Positions 46,915 through 49,974 of a stretch of 49,974 nucleotides of DNA are shown here, piece after piece. Position numbers and translations under genes: made by a program. The stretch is from Isosphaeraceae bacterium (GTDB taxonomy: Bacteria; Planctomycetota; Planctomycetia; Isosphaerales; Isosphaeraceae). The notes beneath the pieces were generated by a model. It did not search any database, was not told the DNA's origin, and worked only from the letters and a program-made list of their open reading frames with translations. The stretch lies in assembly GCA_965201075.1 (NCBI GenBank), contig CBDAVP010000005.1, positions 186,001-235,974 of the forward strand, written 5' to 3'. Within the stretch, counting starts at the first letter, position 1, and every line of letters starts with the position of its first letter.

Positions 46915-47940
46915 ATGACTGGACGAGCTCGTCGCGCATTCACCCTGATCGAGTTGTTGGTGGTCATCGCCATCATCGGAGTGCTGATCGGCCTGCTGCT
47001 CCCCGCCGTCCAAGCCGCCCGCGAGGCGGCCCGCCGCGCCCAGTGCGTCAACAATCTCAAGCAAATCGGCCTGTCCATGCACAACTACCACGACACCACC
47101 AGCTCGCTGCCTTGGGGATTCGGCTGGTTTGGCACCGGATCCTGGGGGTTGCAGTCCTCCGCGCAGGTCTACCTGTTGCCCTACATGGAGCAGGGCACCT
47201 TGTACAACAACATCAACTTCATCCAAAACGCCAATGGCGACAACTTCCAGCCTGGCGGCTTCACCAATTCCACGGTGACTCGCTCAGTCATCAACGCCTT
47301 CCTTTGCCCCTCGGACCTGAATCGCCTGACCTTTGCCGACGCGCCCTGTAACTATGTCAGCGACGCCGGCGCGACCAACAACGCCATGTACTATGAGGCC
47401 AGCAACGCCCCGGACGCGTTCACGGGCTGGAGCACCTTCTTGGGCCGTTACCAGAAGGCCACGGGCTTTCGCGACATCACCGACGGCCTGAGCCAGTCGA
47501 TCGGGTTCTCCGAGGTTGTCAAGGGGATCGGTCAGGCGATGGCCTACGACAACCTGACACCCAGTTCGGCCGTGTACCTGGTCTCGACGACTCAGACCAT
47601 TAATCCCTCAGGCGACTATGCATTGTGCAAGGGCGTGACGCCCTCCCCCACCGCGCCCCTGGGAACCCGTCACCAACCCCTGGGTAGCTTCTGGTTCAGC
47701 GGTTGGAACCTGAACGCCCGGATCGCCTTCGTGATGCCGCCGAACTCCGTAAACTGCGACATCGAAGGCAGCAACGGCGGCGGTGCCACCACTGGCCCGT
47801 CCAGTCGCCACCCCGGCGGAGTCAATGTGCTCTTCTGCGATGGCTCGGTCCGCTACATCAAGAACAGCATCGGCCTTCCTACCTACTGGGCCCTCAGCAC
47901 CATCCACAATGGCGAGGTTGTCTCCCAGAGCGATTATTGA
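46915..47940 (+). CDS. DUF1559 prepilin-type protein (N-methylation motif plus H-X9-DG C-terminus)
   Basis: AFTLIELLVVIAIIGVLIGLLLPAVQAAREAARR.QC.NNLKQ, DG.S and SRHPGGVNVLFCDGSV. AGGAG RBS at 46901. Confidence 0.96.
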   Translation: MTGRARRAFTLIELLVVIAIIGVLIGLLLPAVQAAREAARRAQCVNNLKQIGLSMHNYHDTTSSLPWGFGWFGTGSWGLQSSAQVYLLPYMEQGTLYNNINFIQNANGDNFQPGGFTNSTVTRSVINAFLCPSDLNRLTFADAPCNYVSDAGATNNAMYYEASNAPDAFTGWSTFLGRYQKATGFRDITDGLSQSIGFSEVVKGIGQAMAYDNLTPSSAVYLVSTTQTINPSGDYALCKGVTPSPTAPLGTRHQPLGSFWFSGWNLNARIAFVMPPNSVNCDIEGSNGGGATTGPSSRHPGGVNVLFCDGSVRYIKNSIGLPTYWALSTIHNGEVVSQSDY

Positions 47941-47947
47941 TCCGCGA

Positions 47948-47976
47948 GCCGCGGGCCGGGGACCCCGGCCCGCGGC
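47948..47976. terminator. GC hairpin between convergent genes (possible bidirectional terminator)
   Basis: Perfect 14-bp inverted repeat gccgcgggccgggg-a-ccccggcccgcggc, 7 nt after the DUF1559 stop. No U-tract. Confidence 0.55.
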
Positions 47977-47996
47977 ACCTACTGCCTTAGCGGCCA

Positions 47997-48380
47997 CTAG
48001 GGCTTGTAGGGATAGCACAACTCCAATGGTGACATCCCCTCCTTGACATCCACGGGGATCTGCTCGGCCATGATGTCCATCTCCGGATCGAACTGTGGCA
48101 CGTCGACGACCCGCACGAGGTTCCCCCCCCCAAGCAAGGCCTCAATCTTGTAGGTACGGTCCTTGCCGAGGTCGGCGAGGCACGCCGGCGCCATCCGCCG
48201 TTCGACGTTCGCCCCGTCGAAGGCCACCTTCCCTCCGGTCACCAGCTTGCCGTTGCCCTTGACCGTCACGGTCACCTTGGTCTTGTCCATCGTGCGGGCC
48301 GGCCCGCCGTGCTCCCATCACAATCGGCTCCGCCCCCCAAGGCCCCCGCCAGCAACCAACCAGATCCGCTTCGAAGTCAT
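47997..48380 (-). pseudogene. Disrupted small lipoprotein of the type usually paired with DUF1559 genes
   Basis: GGAGGAG RBS and ATG 48380 (MTSKRIWLVAGGG..), with an in-frame TGA at 48320-48318. Downstream reads VTVKGNGKLVTGGKVAFD...GKDRTYKI, a carboxypeptidase-regulatory-like beta pattern. Confidence 0.55.
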
Positions 48381-48807
48381 CCCACGCTCGATCTCCTCCA
48401 TATCTGTTCAGAAACATCCCCGACGTGCGAGAACTTCACTTCTCACCACGACCATCCCCACGGGCCTTCTCAAGGACGAAATCCCGACCTTAGTCGAATC
48501 GAAATCGAGTCGAACAACTCTCCCGCAAATTCGATTGCACCCGCAATTTCCGGCCTTGGCGATTCTCGTACAAGATCTTCCGTGTCAACTCCGCTGCAAA
48601 CGCCCATCCGGCTCGACCCGGCCCCTAGACCCACGCGATGCCGTTTGACCGAATCATCCGAGTTCCCCCCATGCCGGCAATGCCCTGCCGGCCCGGACGA
48701 TGGCCTAAGAGGCCGGCCTCAGTCACATCATCGCTGGTGCACCCGCCCCGAATCTTCCTGTCCGGCAAGGTCATCCGCCCGTCCCGTCGACGGCCTCCGA
48801 CCCGCCG

Positions 48808-49225
48808 CCCCCAGCCTTGTGGCTACGCGGCCCTTACGGGCGTATTCCTCTGCACCCTCTCTGCACTGATCGGCCGCTCGGGTGCCGCTAGGTAGGCCCC
48901 CCCAGCCGGCCGTGGTGCTGACCTCCAGCACCCTCTTCCTGATCCGCGTCACCCCACGACTGACCGCCGCCACCGGCGACGTGGCCCTCAGCTACCTCGT
49001 CTTCTGGGTCCCGGGCTTCTTTGGCATCGCCGTCCCAGTGTCCCGCGGCGGTGGCACCCGCGCCATCGGCTTCGGCGTCTTCGTCGTCGGCCTGGCCACC
49101 TCCAAATTGCTGCTCGACCTCGAGTCGATCACCCTGGAAGAGCGATCCGGCGTCCCCCCCGCTACCTGGAGGAGCACGACGTTTCGGCCTAGTCGTTTAC
49201 GTCGTTACCGTGGGATATACGTACG
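48808..49225 (+). pseudogene. Degraded Bax inhibitor-1/YccA-family membrane protein
   Basis: Fragments in different frames: YAALTGVFLCTLSAL; AVVLT..LFLIRVT..AATG.VAL.YLV..GFFGI.VP...GG..AIGF.VFVVGLA...LLLD; YLEE; FGLVV. They are collinear with the family C-terminus. Confidence 0.65.
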
Positions 49226-49282
49226 GGACGGGGTCGTGCAATCCTGCTGGGTCGCGAGACGCGACGAACTAAGTCAAATGAA

Positions 49283-49531
49283 CTACCCTTCGCGTGACGG
49301 CCTACCTGGCCTTCGGGCTCGGGCGTCGTCTCCGCCGGCTGGCCACTCGACTACCACCGGCCGCAGCCCGAAGGCCATGACGATCCGGTCGGCGGTAGCC
49401 GGGCTCAGTCCCCGGCCCGGCGTCACAGCCAGAAACCTCCCCAAGTGATTGGGGGGAATCAAGGAAAAGCCGCCGGATGAACTCGTAGGTTTCGCCTTGG
49501 GACCGATTCCGCGTGGTCGGCCGTGACGCAT
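49283..49531 (-). pseudogene. Possible remnant of a small XRE-type HTH protein
   Basis: One frame gives LGRFLA...RGLSPATADRIVMAFGLR; an adjacent frame gives ETYEFIRR just before it. Together they resemble small planctomycete HTH proteins. Confidence 0.35.
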
Positions 49532-49757
49532 GCGGTATACTTACACCAACCCCAGGCCGGGCCCGTTCCCGGTGTCGGTCGTCCCCCGCGTGATTTAGGA
49601 CCTTGCCGCACACCTAGGCGGCAGCGACCCGGCAAGTCTTACGGTCGTCTGTCCGGTTGTTACGCACCCGACCCGATCCCGCTCGGCGTCCTAACCGTCC
49701 GGCGGGATCGGGCTGGATTTCTCCGCCCCGCGTCGACGCCCCAAGGAGGGGACTGCC

Positions 49758-49974
49758 TTGGACCCCCCAACGGACTCGGGCGTTTCGCCCCGTCGCCGAT
49801 GGGGACTATTGGCACTGACGCTGTCGCTCCTGCCGGCGCTGGCCGCAGTGGGCTCGGTCCGTTGGTTCGCGACCCAGGACGGCCCCGCCCACCTCTACAA
49901 CGCACGTATCCTGGCCGACTCCTCTCGCCCCAACTCCCCGTTGACCCACGTCTTCCAGGTCCGCTGGCAATTCC
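49758..49974 (+). CDS. Membrane protein, 5' part only (runs off window)
   Basis: AGGAGG RBS at 49744-49749 and TTG 49758. Open to the window end: MDPPTDSGVSPRRRWGLLALTLSLLPALAAVGSVRWFATQDGPAHLYNARIL... Not in the ORF track. Confidence 0.75.
   Translation, partial: MDPPTDSGVSPRRRWGLLALTLSLLPALAAVGSVRWFATQDGPAHLYNARILADSSRPNSPLTHVFQVRWQF

Noticed and set aside
48318..48320. In-frame TGA as possible selenocysteine or read-through
   Set aside because: It lies in a signal-peptide region, has no redox motif context and no convincing bacterial SECIS, and is surrounded by other decayed genes.
1..49974. CRISPR array, tRNA/rRNA, transposase or integrase
   Set aside because: By eye I saw no regularly spaced direct repeats, no tRNA cloverleaf or T-loop context, and no DDE or tyrosine-recombinase motifs.

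Overview
GC-rich, gene-dense bacterial DNA that is very likely planctomycete (probably Isosphaeraceae-like), judged from its DUF1501, DUF1549/DUF1553, DUF1559 and Uma2 genes. All family assignments come from motif recognition; no database search was run. The left half (1-27 kb) is mostly housekeeping and carbohydrate metabolism: pyc-birA-MBL hydrolase, treZ, xylB, a PfkB kinase, a GT2 plus methyltransferase pair, a redoxin / membrane spermidine-synthase-like / TlpA trio, a secreted multidomain GH13, a YncE-like propeller and a GH18. The most notable block is a roughly 12 kb minus-strand operon-like run of uncharacterised envelope proteins (42637 to 30927). It encodes a prenyltransferase-repeat/HEAT protein, a TonB-like single-pass protein, an FHA-TM-TPR-beta-propeller protein, an interposed Uma2, an orphan family-5 solute-binding protein and a translationally coupled secreted protein, and it is followed by a DUF1549/DUF1553 plus DUF1501 pair. 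The right end (45.6-49.7 kb) looks accessory. It holds a RhaS/RhaR-like AraC gene divergent from a DUF1559 pilin-like gene, with candidate 21-bp-spaced operator repeats between them, followed by three decaying gene remnants. Two partial genes at the window edges are missing from the ORF track. I found no rRNA, tRNA, CRISPR array or transposase.
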